A stretch of 64,000 nt of DNA from Paraspadella gotoi (GCA_051294375.1 CM119263.1:24842688-24906687); one strand, 5' to 3'; shown: positions 1-13,145, numbered from the stretch's first letter. Numbers and translations are program-made. The notes: a model not told the origin generated them from the letters alone.

Positions 1-303
1 GACGTTCTGCAGTTTGGTACGACGCTCAATGCGCGAGAAAAGATTTCTCTTTTTTATTCATCTCGTGGAAGACGAGAATCGAATTTGCCGCGGTAGAAAG
101 TTTCCTTCTCTACAAAGATGCCGGGACCGTCGACGATCAATCGGCACATGGGGTCGTCGAGCCCGCGGAAATTCATTGACAACCTGACTTCCGTATCGAT
201 GTCGACAACGTGCAGCTCAGCCTGCCAACATCTCCTTGATCACAGGCGGTCGTGTGCTTCGATCGGTTATTCTTCTCTGACAGCTTTCCCATTAGACAGC
301 TTC

Positions 304-1773
304 TTATAGTGAGTTTTCTGCAACTTTTTCCGCAACTTTTCCAGCAGCTTCCCCCTCAGCTTTTCCAGCAGCTTCTCTCACAATTTTTTCCGCAACTTTT
401 CCAGCAGCTTTTTCCGTAACTTTTTCCGCGATATTTTCTGCTACTTCTTCTTCGACTTTTTCGCCAACTTCTTCAGCCACTTCTTTCTCAGAATCATCTT
501 CAACTTTTTCAGCCACTTCATTTTCAGCAACTTCTCCTTCAGCAACTTTTTCTTCCGGATCTACTTTCTGTTCCAACAGCCTGGGCACGAGAGATGATCC
601 AGTTCTGTAAATGGGTTCTGGCGGCGCACATGTCGGCACTGGCGCGGCGCGGCGCTCCTCTTGGCGGCGCTCCTCTCGGCGGCGCTCCTCCCGGCGGCTT
701 TCCTCCCAGCGGCGCTCCTCCCGGCGGCGCTCTTTCAATTGGAACTCCTCAAGTCGGTACTCCTCCAAACGGCACTCATGGCGGCGCTCCTCTCGGCGGC
801 GCTCTTTCAATCGGCACTCATCCATGTGGCACTCCTCCCGGCGGCGATCCTCTCGTTTACAAGAACAATTACAAGACTCACACGGCGGTGATAATCCGAT
901 AAACGACGACGGTATTCTGATAACCGGTGTAACATGTGACTCAGCAGCTTTTTCTGGTGACTCAGGACGCGGCGGCGGCGGCGGCGGGCGAGCCGGCGGC
1001 TCACTCGGCTTTAACGGGATCGACGGGGGCACGAACGGCTGTACGGGCGGCGGAACTGGAATCGGTATGGGTTTCAGCGCGGATAACGGCATGTACGGCG
1101 GCGGTACCTCCGGCGGCGTTACTATCGGCGCGGCGGCGAGTAACTCGATCATTTTTCTCCCCATCTCTTGAAAACGTAAGAAAAAACTTCGACCTTGAAC
1201 TTCTCCCTCGTTATCCTTTTCTGTTCCCGACTCCCTTACCGCGGATATTATTGTCTTTGGTACAGTTGTCGACGCTGCATCTTCGTTAACCGGATCGCTG
1301 TGGTTCATCTCTTCGTTCCGACGGACCTCTCGGCGGCGCTCCTCGATGCGTCGTTGCTCAAGGCGGCGTGCTTCCAAGCGGCACTCCTCGCGGCGGCGCT
1401 CCTTCAGGCGCTCCTCGTAGCAACGCTCATCATGACGGCGCAGTTTTTCTTTCACTATTCTTTCCTCCTTTTCGATTCTTAGTTCCCTCGCCTCTAACTC
1501 TATCCTCCTTTCCTCCAATGCTATATTCGCTCTCTCATTCTCCACTTTATCCAGAACGAGTAGCAGCCTTTGACGAACTGTCTCACGAGATGATTTGGAC
1601 GACGTACGGGACGCTGGTTTCATCGACGGCGGAGCACTAATCTTTGACTTGACGGATTTCTCCGTGCGGATCGGCGATACGGGAATGTCGGGCGACGCTT
1701 CCAGCCCAACAATTATCTTCCTCTTTGGTTTTCTCTCTTTCTTTTTTGCTTTTTGTTCTCTCTTCTCCTTCAT
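304..1773 (-). CDS. Intronless low-complexity protein of unknown function: E/R-rich coiled-coil/SAH-like blocks, central Pro-rich block with PPPY, C-terminal (E/G)KVAE repeats. The first ~22 codons (1707-1773) are probably chimeric.
   Basis: 489-codon open frame, more GC-rich than its flanks, with in-frame internal repeats. The copy at 28839-29876 continues upstream into different sequence (...SKKW-LEASPDIP), so the MKEKREQK start comes from the junction at ~1706. Confidence 0.6.
   Translation of the reverse strand: MKEKREQKAKKKERKPKRKIIVGLEASPDIPVSPIRTEKSVKSKISAPPSMKPASRTSSKSSRETVRQRLLLVLDKVENERANIALEERRIELEARELRIEKEERIVKEKLRRHDERCYEERLKERRREECRLEARRLEQRRIEERRREVRRNEEMNHSDPVNEDAASTTVPKTIISAVRESGTEKDNEGEVQGRSFFLRFQEMGRKMIELLAAAPIVTPPEVPPPYMPLSALKPIPIPVPPPVQPFVPPSIPLKPSEPPARPPPPPPRPESPEKAAESHVTPVIRIPSSFIGLSPPCESCNCSCKREDRRREECHMDECRLKERRREERRHECRLEEYRLEEFQLKERRREERRWEESRREERRREERRQEERRAAPVPTCAPPEPIYRTGSSLVPRLLEQKVDPEEKVAEGEVAENEVAEKVEDDSEKEVAEEVGEKVEEEVAENIAEKVTEKAAGKVAEKIVREAAGKAEGEAAGKVAEKVAENSL
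310..560 (-). repeat. Degenerate 12-bp coding repeat (EKVA/GKAA/EEVA units)
   Basis: Recurring gcaactttttcc / gcagctttttcc units on the + strand; translate on - as EKVAE, GKVAE, EKAAG. Confidence 0.75.
640..855 (-). repeat. 15-bp coding repeat encoding RREER / ECRLE pentapeptides
   Basis: Tandem ggcggcgctcctc(c/t) units at ~15-bp spacing; a related block lies at ~1325-1420. Confidence 0.8.
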
Positions 1774-2058
1774 ATTTCTCTTTCTCTATTTTCTCTATTT
1801 CCCTTTCCCTCCTCTTTTCCTTTCTCCTTTTCCTCCTCCTTCTCCTCTTCCTCCCTCCTCTTTTCATTTTCTATCCCAAACCGGGAGTTCGATCGAAGTT
1901 CCTCGACGATTTATAATTCAATTAAATGAGGAGTCGAGATGCCCAAACGCGGAATAGAAGAGCCACCCCATCGCCAACTAGATTCTCGATCGCTCTCTCT
2001 CTCTCTCTCCCCTCACTCTCTCTCTCTCTACCTCTCTCTCATCTCTTCCTCTTCTCTC

Positions 2059-2083
2059 NNNNNNNNNNNNNNNNNNNNNNNNN
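2059..2083. other. 25-N gap marker; identical 25-N runs at 12835-12859, 29916-29940, 30713-30737 and 51872-51896
   Basis: Five N runs of exactly 25 bases, each at a boundary between duplicated blocks. Confidence 1.
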
Positions 2084-5000
2084 GCGTCATCCCTATTTCG
2101 TCGATTCGTCGACGTCATCGCGATTGCGTCGTTGACGTCGTTTGTTTGTTTTACTATTTAGGTAACTCATGACCGTTATTATTTTCATTGATTGTTATGT
2201 TATTTCACTTTTACTTATTTCTACTTGTTTTCTTTTATATTCTAAGTATAACATTAAAGGTAATCTGTTGTAAACGGAACTGTTATTTATAAGTTTGGCT
2301 TAAAAAATGTTTTTACTTCATTTCGTGCTTTTGTGACTTTCGTCTTCATTATTTCTCCTCCGTCATTTCGGTCTTTTTTTTTTCGCCCCGTCATTTGAGA
2401 AACCTATTTCGCTTCAAAACTCGGAAAAAGGATTTCCAGGTTTGGCGCAACGTCCATTAGTTCGTCGTATTCAATTCGTTGCTCCATCGTCGTCGTACGT
2501 CGTCGTCGTCGTCGTCGTCGGCTCGTCGTTCGTTCGCGTCGTTGGATTCGTGGAAAATTCTCCACGATAAATTAACCCGACGCAAGTGACTGCGTTGCCG
2601 CCCCAGTCGAGAGACCTTTGAGAGCCCTTTCGAGACCTTTGGCACCCGCTTCCTATTTCCTTCTGCTCCTCTCCCTCTCTATTCTTGCTACTGTTTCTCC
2701 ATGCCTCCTTATTCTCTCATTGCTTTCCTCTTCGCTCCTTCCCCCTTTGTTTCCACTTCTCTATTCTCTCTTAATTTTCTCAGCTTCTACATCTTCCTCG
2801 CACCTTTTTACTCTCTCTCTATTCACTAATCTACTCACGCCCATTCTTTCTCTAGTCCTAACTTTATATTTCTTTCATATCACCCCGATAGTATCCCCCT
2901 TTGCCCAACCCACTTCTTCCCGACACCCCCATTCCCACTTCCCCTTTATCCATCCACACCACATCCCGGACCTCCACTCTTCGCGTCCACAAACACATGT
3001 CAGACTGTCCCCCGACCTCTCAGAGCCGACGAATTCCGGCGTTTTTTTTTTCGTGTTTTATGATTTTTGAGTACGACGCAACAGAATAAAAACCGAAAAA
3101 GAAACGGACAGATTACGTCTGATACACAAACAGAGATCATACAAGCCATAGATAAGAAGAAACAGCGATAAAAATATGGAGGGGACGACGGGCAAGGGAC
3201 GACAGGACGAGGCCTCCGACGCGACCGAGGCGATGACGGACGACGACGACGACCGATAACGAAAGGACGAGAAAAATGCTTTGGTATCATGAAGCACGCG
3301 AGGCCGTTTGGAAAATAACCGAGCACGCTCGAGGCAGAAAAAAAAACTTTTCTTTTTTTTTTTAAAGAAACAGCTGGGTATGAGTTAGAAAATTGAAAAG
3401 AAAAGAAAAAATAACTAAAACTAAAAAAACATAGAGAAATTTTAAAACTTGTAACCGTTTATTACAGAACGAAGGCCCGCACTGAAAAACTGAGACATGA
3501 AGTTATTTAAATTATGAATAAATTCGTTGTAGAACTCAGTCCGGAATACAGTGAAAGGTTTTTAAACATAAAGTGTTTCGAGATAAACGACAATCTGATA
3601 GTAAAGTGGCGACATGAGGTCTCTCGTAAAAAATAAAGATATTCTCGTGAGACTTTCACAATACGTTCCACTGTGTCTCGCCTGCTCTCTTTCACATGCC
3701 CGTCTCGTCCCTCTCTCCCTTTCTAAAGCTGCCGTCTCGCGTCGCCGAACTAGAGTTTCGCTAGCTCACGCCAGGAGGTCTGTTCTTGAGAATAAATTTC
3801 CAAAGCTGCCAAAAACTCCTCCTTCTGATTCCGCCCTTAGTTTACCCACGTGAGTGATGGACTCCGTCCCTCCCAGCCATTTTTTCGCCCTTTTTCGCGA
3901 ACACCTGCTCTCTAAGGGAGCAACCAGGAAGGCAGAATGAGGAGAGAGAATGGAAATAGTAATTATTAGAGAACCATTACAATCGCAAAATAAGTCAGGG
4001 AATGTTAGAACCGAATAATAGACCCTACTTAACTTAGGGCTCAAGCTTCTTTCTTTGATCTTTTATCGTATGTCAGGATATCGACATCCAATGCCAGAAA
4101 TCTTTGCTCGCTCCACTAGCGAAGACGACAGACGACTCCTCGGCCCTCCGATCTTACGAAAGCTCAGCAAATAATATGTTAAACTTAATAAACTGCTTAT
4201 GAGTATATAATGTATAAAATTGTATATCCCTTTCCCGAGATATCTGATAATATATTGCGCTTTTATCGAATACAACAAGGTCATCCAGTGCGAGTACTAT
4301 AATCACCAACCATAGACTAAGTCCGAAGGCAAACGAAACCATAATAAAAAATAGTTGTATTAAATAAAATTAATTAACTTAATGACGGTAAACGATATGA
4401 ACGTTTTAATCACGTTAAAATCGCGCTACTGTATATCTTTTTATTACTCAATCTGAAATCTTTCCCTCTCTTGGCCAAGAACTTACTTCCGTGGCCAAAT
4501 CACCTCAGCATCCGATTGTTAAGACGGAAACTTGTTCTTTCCCTTTTCAACCTAAAGAGAAGAAATTAAACATCCGTCCTCATTCTTCCATCCGTTTCCG
4601 TTCCATTCTGCTTCGGTTAAACTTACCTTCTCGGCAGTTGCGACCGCATGGCGTCCTCTCTCGGTCGCTCCTCACTTTAGAATGGAATTTTCTTGAAAGT
4701 TAAAACTTTCCTTGTCAATTCTAAAGGTATATTTAACTACCTGCCTATCTACTATTTTTACTCACTTTACGGCTTAAAACACATCCTCTAAAAATCATTT
4801 TTTGTACGGATTTACATTTTCATAATAAATTTGTTCAGCCTTCATCGCCAATCCAAATTGTAAATCGAGTTATGTTTGCAAAGAGATTTTTTTTTTTAAT
4901 TTTCGAACTATTTTATTCACACAAAGTTCGTCAATCGAGGGCTGAGTCTTTGCTAACTCATTTTAATTTCTAACTCGCTCATATTAAATTACGAGCCTTT

Positions 5001-6059
5001 ATCATTAACATTGTTCATTCCCCGTCCCTTCATCTTACATTCACTATGGCCAGGAGTTGTCACTTCAACACCCCCCCCCCACCCAGGGTTCAGCCTTCAC
5101 AATCTCCTCGCCCTCTTTTCATTTTTTCCCTCCTTCATTCTCATTTGCATATCTCCTCGCCAAGCTCAAACTCGTTTCGCGGACTTGTCAACCATTTTTT
5201 TCCCTACTTTAGCTTTTATTTTATTTCGATCTCCAGAAAAAAAGCTCATCTTCTCTCTCTCCTCTACTCTCTCTCTCTCTCGCTCTCTCTCTCTCATCTA
5301 CTCTCTCTCTCTCTCGTCTGCTCTCTTCTCTCGCCCTCCCTTCTATTTCTATCTCTCAACTTCATGAAATTTCAGAACTCGCTTCTTCTCGTCATTTCAA
5401 TTCGTAATGACACATTTTTAATCCTTATTCTTCATTTTCTTTTCTTCTTTTTTGTTTTCTTGATTCTCCAACATTTTAACTGTTATCCTACTTTTCACTT
5501 TTCTGCTAAAATTAAGAATAATTGATTTTGCTTTTTTAAATTTATATTATTTTCATGCTCTATTGCTTTATTCTTAATGTTTACCAGTTATATTTTAAGC
5601 CCCATTTGCGTATAAAAAATTTTGGTCTAAATGAGCAAGCCGCTCTCGCGAGGAATTTAAAGTACATAGGGCTCTCTCAGAGGGCGTATGCACGAGGCAG
5701 ACGAATCCCCTGGGGGCAAAGGTTAAAATGTGGGAACTCTAGGGGCGAGGAGATAAAGGGTTGGAATTACAGGGCGGCGAAAATAAACGGGAAAACGCGC
5801 CGCGTCCAGTAAATACCTGTTATGTCTTCTGTAACAGCGACCTTACATTTCCACTTGCCGTTCAACATATATTATAAATGCGCGTTTTAATGCTTTGTTG
5901 TTTTGTTGTTACCGTATGCTCCACCGCGTACGTATTTTAATAAAAGCCACACATTTAGGATTCACGTAATTATGGACATGCAGAGGATATCTGACGATAA
6001 CCAAAAATGTTAGTTAACATAAACTGTTAATTAACCAGTGGAACAGTAAGAGGAGCGAA

Positions 6060-7120
6060 AGCAACCAATGAGGAAAAAGGAAAGGAGAATGAGAAGAGGA
6101 TGAACAGAATGAGAGAAACGATGCCCAAGTAAAGAGGAAATAACGGAAGGAAGCACGAATGAGAAGAGAGATATCGAAAGCTGAAGCGAGAGATTAGTGT
6201 TAAAGAACACTAGAACAGAGCTGATAACCGCTTTGGGAATGCAGAAGGAAAGAAAGAGGGAAGAAAAGAAAGGAGAGATGGAGAAGAAAGTTGAAGGAAC
6301 ATAGAGGACGATAACGTATGAAGAAGCGATAGAGAAGAAAGACAGGAAAAGAAATAAGGAGAATGAGAAGACATGTTGAAGGAACTATAGGAGGATAAGA
6401 TGAAGAAGAAGAAGAAGAAAAAAAAGGAGAATGAGGAAGACATGTGAGGAACATGAGGATAACGATGAAGAAGAAGAGAAGAATAGGGGGAAAAAGAAAG
6501 TGGTGGAAACTGCAGAAGGAACGATGAGGAGAGAGGGAAAAAGGAAAAGGAGAATGTAAGAAAGTTGAGGAAAGCATGAGGATAACGGATTAGGAAAGAA
6601 CAAAGAAAGGGAGAAAAAGGAAAAACGAGAAGACTAGCCATGAGAAGATGAAAGTTTTAACATGAGACGATAACCGATAATGAGAAGAGAGGGGAAAAAG
6701 AAAAGAGAGGAATTAAGAAGAATGTGAGAGGAACATGGGATAACGATGAGAAGAAGGCGTAGAATAGGAAAAAGAAAGGCGGAGAATAAGAAGGAACACT
6801 GAGCGATAACGATGAGAAAGAAGAAAAGGAAAAAGGACAAGAGAGAATAAGAAAGTGCAGGACACATGCATACCCGACGGCGATATATGAGCATGAGCAT
6901 AAGACCGAAGAGGGAAGGAAAGGAGAATGAGAAGAAAGTGAGGAACATAAGAGTATTAACGGATGAAGAAGAAAAGAATAGGAAAAAAAAAGGCAGAATG
7001 AGAAGGAACATGAGGATAACGAATGAGAATAGAAGAAGGAAAAAGGAAAAAAGAGAATGAAGAAGAAAGTTGAGAACACGAGCGATTAACGATGAAGAAG
7101 AAAGAGAAGAGGAAAAGTAT
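6060..7120 (+). repeat. Noisy, longer copy of the 60/66-bp purine-rich minisatellite (other noisy copies ~15100-16230, ~31590-32720, ~44945-46075)
   Basis: Recurring gaggaacatgaggataacgatgagaagaag and gaaaaaggaaaggagaatgagaagaaagtt motifs. Confidence 0.8.
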
Positions 7121-7832
7121 GAAGAGTTAAAAGACCGAAGTGAAAAGCAAGAACTGTGCGAATAGGCCTGAAGATACGAATTACGATACTTCTCGACCGT
7201 ACAAATTATAACTCTGAAGGATGTAACGATAAGTTCGGCCGGCGGCCCCTTCGGCTGCGCCAGAAAACGGAAAGCGCTTTGTCTCCGTCTTAGTCGGTTG
7301 TGTTATTTTTATTACTGTTGTTAATGGAGTTTTTAGCCTAATTCGTTTTTTTAGGAAAAAAGGTGAAGTCGTTATCCCTCATTTTATATTTTTCATCGCA
7401 AAAATTTTAACATAAACGCAATCAACGGCATGAACCCAAGTCTGACATTAGGTTTGTTCTCCATTCCATTAATATTTCAACAACTCCCGAAGAAAATTAC
7501 TTTTGTCAGATTTTTTTTCGAAAATAATATATTTTTTTTCTTTTTTTGATTTCCATTTAATTTTTTTAAAAGCCAATGAAAAACTTTAGATTCGTCAGCC
7601 ATTTTTTCAAATATCGCACTTCGGCTCAGAGCGCAGAGACGTCGACCGTCTGCCAGATTCAATTTGAAGCGAAAAATATGAAAATTTGCTGCTGACGAAA
7701 AAATCCACAATTTTTTTTCCTTCTTTCGATTCGTCGACGAAGAGAGAAACTCATTTTCAAATTACAAGGATCATTTCTCCTCCAATTATCCCAGCCATTC
7801 CCCCCGTCTGACAATGTCTTTGCGTCATATAG

Positions 7833-7920
<88 letters not shown>

Positions 7921-10578
7921 AATCTCCGTCTCTTTCCTCATTGTCATTCACTCTCACTCTCTCCACTATCTGTCGCTTTCTCCGCCTTTCCTTTGCCTCA
8001 CCCTTTCACCCAACGACCCCTAAAGTGATTTCGATTGATTCCTCACCGCGAAGCAATTCAATCTTCGCCTCTAGTCCGAGAGGAAGGCCAGTCGCTCTTC
8101 CTCTCTCACTTCTCTCTCTCTCTTCTCTTCCTCTCTCACTTTCTCTCTCTCTCTCTCACGCTCTCACTTTCTCTCTCTTCTCTCTCTCGTTCTCTTCTCA
8201 CTTTCTCGCTGGAACTGGAAATCGGAGATCGAGTGACGTTCGCCGCGCGACTCACTTCGATAATCGAGCAATTTTGTCACTCACCAATATTTTTTTTGCT
8301 AATGTACGAGTCAAACTTACATAATTTTTTTGTTTTCTCATAACACTTTTATACTAGAAAAAGTAGATAATCGAACTCTCTATATTTACGCTAAAAATTG
8401 ATCAATGGGCAAAACTAGGGATAACCAATTTGATTATAATTCTGTGAGATTGAACATGAACATCTGGAAAACGCCTTTTTCTTTGCACCAAACAAAAACT
8501 TCTTCCTATAAATTTTATCTTTCTATCTCATTATTATAAGTTTTGTTTTTATCTCATTCCTACAATTTTTGTTTCTATCTCATTCCTATAATTTTTGTTT
8601 CTATCTCATTTTTATTATTTTTTTGTTTTAATCTCCTTCCCTTAAAGCTCTTCTCGATTTCTCTGCGCGCGCGCGCAACCTTCCTCACTTCCCAATCCCT
8701 CCGCGCTTAAGCCACCGAGGGCAATAGTCGAAATTGTCATTTGTATTTGAAAGAGGCTATTGTTACTGTTCGTACGGGCTGTACCCACTTTCTCGCTCTC
8801 GACTCGTCTCTCTCTCTTTCGTCTCCTCTCTCTCTCTCTCTCTCTCCTCTCTCTCTTCTCTCTCTCTCTCTTCTCTCTTTTTTCTCGTTTGGAAAAAGGG
8901 AACCAGACGTAATAAAAACAAGGCGGTGTTTAAAGAGGGAAGAAAAAAAACGTTTACGGACATTCGTTTGGCTTATTTGGCCGACGTTACAAAATCTCTC
9001 TCTCTCTGCTCTCTCGTCTCTCGTCTCTCTGCTCTCTCGTCTCTCTCTCTCGTCGTCTCTCTCTCATATGAATAGTACCCCGCCTTACTACACGCCTTTA
9101 CTTAGTCTTTTTATATTCCCCAAAAACATCAACTCAATTTCAGTTAAGTAAAAAAATGAGTCGAACTGAATTGAAAATTATTGAGGTGAATACGCAAATA
9201 CCACCTCGGATTCGTACTCAACTTAAGGCGTTGTTTTACTAATGAGCGTAATAATAGATCAGAGTCTTTGAGAAGAGAGAGAGAGAAAAGGAGACGAGAG
9301 CAGAGCAGACGAGAAGAGAAGCAAAGGAGAGAAGAAAGAACCGTACGTTTGATAGTCTTGTTCTTATACGTTAGCGTTTATAATTATTTTTTACGTTTAA
9401 TCGGCCCAGTTTTTATTTAAAATATTGCTATGAATTTTGTTAAATAATACCAATTTTTAAAATTACAAAAATAGTGCATTCATAGTATTTTTCGTCACTG
9501 CTTGAGATTTAAAAACATATTTCCTTGATATTCTATATATATATAAATTATATTTCTTTTGCGCTTACTTGGAAGGGTTAAAGAGTCTATGAAAAAATAA
9601 TGTCAAAGTTCCGAGTTCCGGTTTAAAAAAAAAAGAGAGTTAATAAGAGAGTAAGTGAATATCCTCGATTTTCGCTTCGTCCCGCAGATATCCTTTCGGC
9701 GCAGGTAATCCAAAAATAATCTCGGAGTTGGAATCGGGCCCCTTAAATCTTTTCTCGCTCGGGTCGGAAAATCGAAGAGACGGAAACAGAAGGAAAGTCT
9801 TTGGGTTTTTTTCGAGGGCGGTAGCGGGTCGGTATTGTCAGAGGGGTCGAGGCTCGTGCGAGGCCGGGGAGGGGTCGGAGGCGGGGACCCAAATGGACTG
9901 GCGACACTCGATGTGACGACTTAAAAAAGAGCGACATCTGTGGAGGAAAAAAGAGGAGACGAATTTCCGGGGTAGAAGATAAGTATACGGTAGATAGTAA
10001 TTTATTGTCAAATCACTTTCTCAAAAAAAGGGAAAAATAAAGATAACATATAGTATTGTTATCGTTATTTGTTCAATATTGTATTGTCCAACTTGTATTT
10101 CTTGATCTTTTTTCTTCGATATTTTTACTTTTTTCCTTTCTTAAAGTCTACTTTTGCTGTTTATCCTTTCTTTTTTTCCTTTCTTATTTTCTTATTTTCT
10201 CTTTTCCTTAGCTCTTGTCTCTTTTTCTTCTCTCTCTCTTCTACCCTCATGTTTCTCTTTTCTTTTCCCATATATTCTCTTCTTCATAATTTTCTCTCTT
10301 GCGCCTTTCATTATTCTTCTTTTTCCTTCTTCTTTTTTGTTTTTGTTTCTCTCTTCTCCTTCATATTTCTCTTTCTCATTTTCTCTATTTCCCTTTCCCT
10401 CTCTCCCTCTTTCCTTTCTCTTTTCCTCCTCCTTCTCCTCTTCCTCCTCTCCTCTTTTCATTTTCCTATCCCAAACCGGGAGTTCGATCGAAGTTCCTCG
10501 CACGCATTTAATTACAATTAAATGAGTCGATGCCCAAACCGAATAGAGAGCCACGCCCATCGCCAACTAGATTCTCGA

Positions 10579-10616
<38 letters not shown>

Positions 10617-10632
10617 CTCTCTACTCCTCTGC

Positions 10633-10664
<32 letters not shown>

Positions 10665-10844
10665 ATCTCTCAAAGTTTCGAAGATTGGTGTGCGAAACAC
10701 CGAAAAAAGTTCTTCGGGGGGGACTTTTTGGAAAAGAAAATTTGCATAAAAAAGGAAAATGGGAAAAAAAACCCCGAACACGAATCGCACGTTTTTCAGA
10801 AATTCGCCAAAGAGGCTTCCTTCGATTCTGAATTAAATGTATGT

Positions 10845-10920
10845 ATTATTATTATTATTAATTGATTTATTATATTATTATTATTATTATTATATATTAT
10901 TATTATTATTATTATTAATT
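10845..10920. repeat. (TAT)n microsatellite (copies ~27900-27985, ~49857-49940)
   Basis: Direct tattattattat run. Confidence 0.95.
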
Positions 10921-11720
10921 AACAATTCGCAAGAGGCTTCCTTCGGATTTCTGGAATTTCAACGTATTCAATTCGCTGGACTATCATTTCTGTGGTCATG
11001 GTTGACAGTTGGACCAAACGACCGTCGGGCATTGGGTTGTTGACGCTCTCTTATAAAAATATAAAGAAAAGAAACTAATTAGCGAGCAAATAGGGGGGAA
11101 AATAAAACCTACTTAAGCGGCTGGAGAAGAGGACTTGGCCCACTGAATCGGCTGTAATTTAACTATAACCAGCAGATAGCCAGCGGGGCTAGCTGGGCTT
11201 CGAAACGCGCTAATAGCCTCGGGCTCACGCGAAGTTCGAATTTTTTTGGCTTTAAATGGGCCGGTCTTTCGGACTGGTGGCTAACATTCTTCGTCGCCGC
11301 TGCAGCCGCCGCCGGACACGAGGACGAGGAACGCGGGCGTGCGGACGTCGAAGCAGTCGATCCAGTTCCAGACACACGATCATCGAAGTCATCATAAAAA
11401 GTATGGAAAGGCCTATGCCTCACGGCGATGGCGAGAGTGAGACCTTCGTAGTTAAAGGATATTTTTGAAATTCGCGAAATGCAAAAAACGTATGGTTTGG
11501 GCGTTTCTTAACAAAGTAAAACTTAACTTGATTTTTTTGTGGGATCTTACCACTAGAGAAGGTCGAGCTCACGGTTCAAGCGATCAACGAAATCTGACGG
11601 AGTGCGTGACCGCGTATCACGCTTTTCAAAGAACTTTCACATTTCATTGCGTGCACCCATCATTCGAGACGACCGCGTGCGTAGTTTATTAAATCTGATT
11701 ATTCGAGTTCCGTTCCGCGC

Positions 11721-11893
11721 ATGTTGAGAAAATTGTCTCCTGTTATTGTTTTGCCCGCGCCGAGTGCCGTTCCGGAAGTTGAAGTTGAGAAGAAAGGAGA
11801 GAATAAGTTTGCACGCCGCGCGGGATAGCCTGTTTTTTCCCGAAACCCCAAACCCGTTATGCACAGCAGCCAGCCCACGCGGTCGAAGAAATG
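11721..11893 (+). other. Probable true 5' coding end of the E/R-Pro-rich ORF (MLRKLSPVIVLPAPSAVPEVEVEKKGENKFARR...PETPNPLCTAASPR.KKW), cut at the 11893 junction
   Basis: ATG at 11721 opens a protein-like frame. In the 28839-29876 copy the same sequence runs directly into the LEASPDIP body; 1-2 indels must be assumed. Confidence 0.4.
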
Positions 11894-12861
11894 TGAAAGG
11901 GCAAGAGAGAAAATTATGAAGAGAGAATATATGGGAAAAGAAAAGAAAACATGAGGGTAGAAGAGAGAAGAGAAAAGAGACAAGAGCTAAGGAAAAAGAG
12001 AAATTAAGAAAATAAGAAAGGAAAAAAGAAAGGATAAACAGCAAAAGTAGACTTTAAGAAAGGAAGAAAAGTAAAATATCGAAGAAAAAAGATCAAGAAA
12101 TACAAGTATTGACAATACAATATTGACAAAATAACGATAACAATACTATTGTTATCTTTATTTTTCCCCTTTTTTTGAGAAAGTGATTTGACAATAAATT
12201 ACTATCTACCGTATACTTATTCTCTACCCCGGAAATTCGTCTCCTCTTTTTCTCCACAGATGTCGCTCTTTTTTTTAAGTCGTCATCGAGTCGCCAGTCC
12301 ATTTGGGTCCCCCCTCCGACCCCTCCCCCGGCCTCCCAGACCCGACCCCCTCTGAAATCCGACCCTCGAAAAACCCAAAGACTTTCCTTCTGTTTCCGTC
12401 TCTTCGATTTCCGACCCGAGCGAAAGATTTAAGGGGCCGATTCCAACTCCGATATTTTTGGATTACCTCGCCGAAAGGATATCTGCGGACGAAGCGAAAA
12501 TCGAGGATATTACTTACTCTCTTATTAACTCTCTTTTTTTTTGTTAAACCGGAACTCGGAACTTTGACATTATTTTTTCATAGACTCTTTAACCCTTTCC
12601 AAGTAAGCGCAAAAGAATATATATTTATATATATATAGAATATCAAGGAAATATAGTTTTTAAATCTCAAGCAGTGACGAAAAATACTATGAATGCAATA
12701 TTTTGTAATTTTAAAAATGGTATTATTTAACAAAATTCATAGCAATATTTTAAATAAAACTGGGCCGATTAAACGTTAAAAAATAATTATAAACGCTACG
12801 TATAAAGAAAAGACTACAAAGTAGGTTCTTTTCCNNNNNNNNNNNNNNNNNNNNNNNNNTA

Positions 12862-12893
<32 letters not shown>

Positions 12894-12901
12894 CTCTCTC
12901 G

Positions 12902-12932
<31 letters not shown>

Positions 12933-13145
12933 CAAAACTCTGATCTATTATTACCTCCACTTAAGCTAAAACAAACGCCGGCTTCAAGTTGAGTAGAATT
13001 CCCGCGGTGGTAATTCTCGCTCACCTTCACCTCAATAATTTTCAATTCAGTTCGACTCATTTTTTTCTTAACTGAAAATTGAGTTGCATGTTTTTGGGGA
13101 ATAAAAAACTAAGTAAAGGCGTGTAGTAAGGCGGGGGTACTATTC

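Noticed and set aside
594-1171. Plus-strand ORFs with RRSS and GGAPL repeats (protamine/SR-like)
   Set aside because: They are antisense shadows of the 15-bp repeats inside the longer minus-strand ORF.
11050-11068. TATA box for the orphan ORF
   Set aside because: About 670 bp from the candidate ATG in AT-rich DNA, with nothing else supporting it.
11560-11590. tRNA/SINE B-box-like ggttcaag
   Set aside because: No A-box, cloverleaf or SINE tail.
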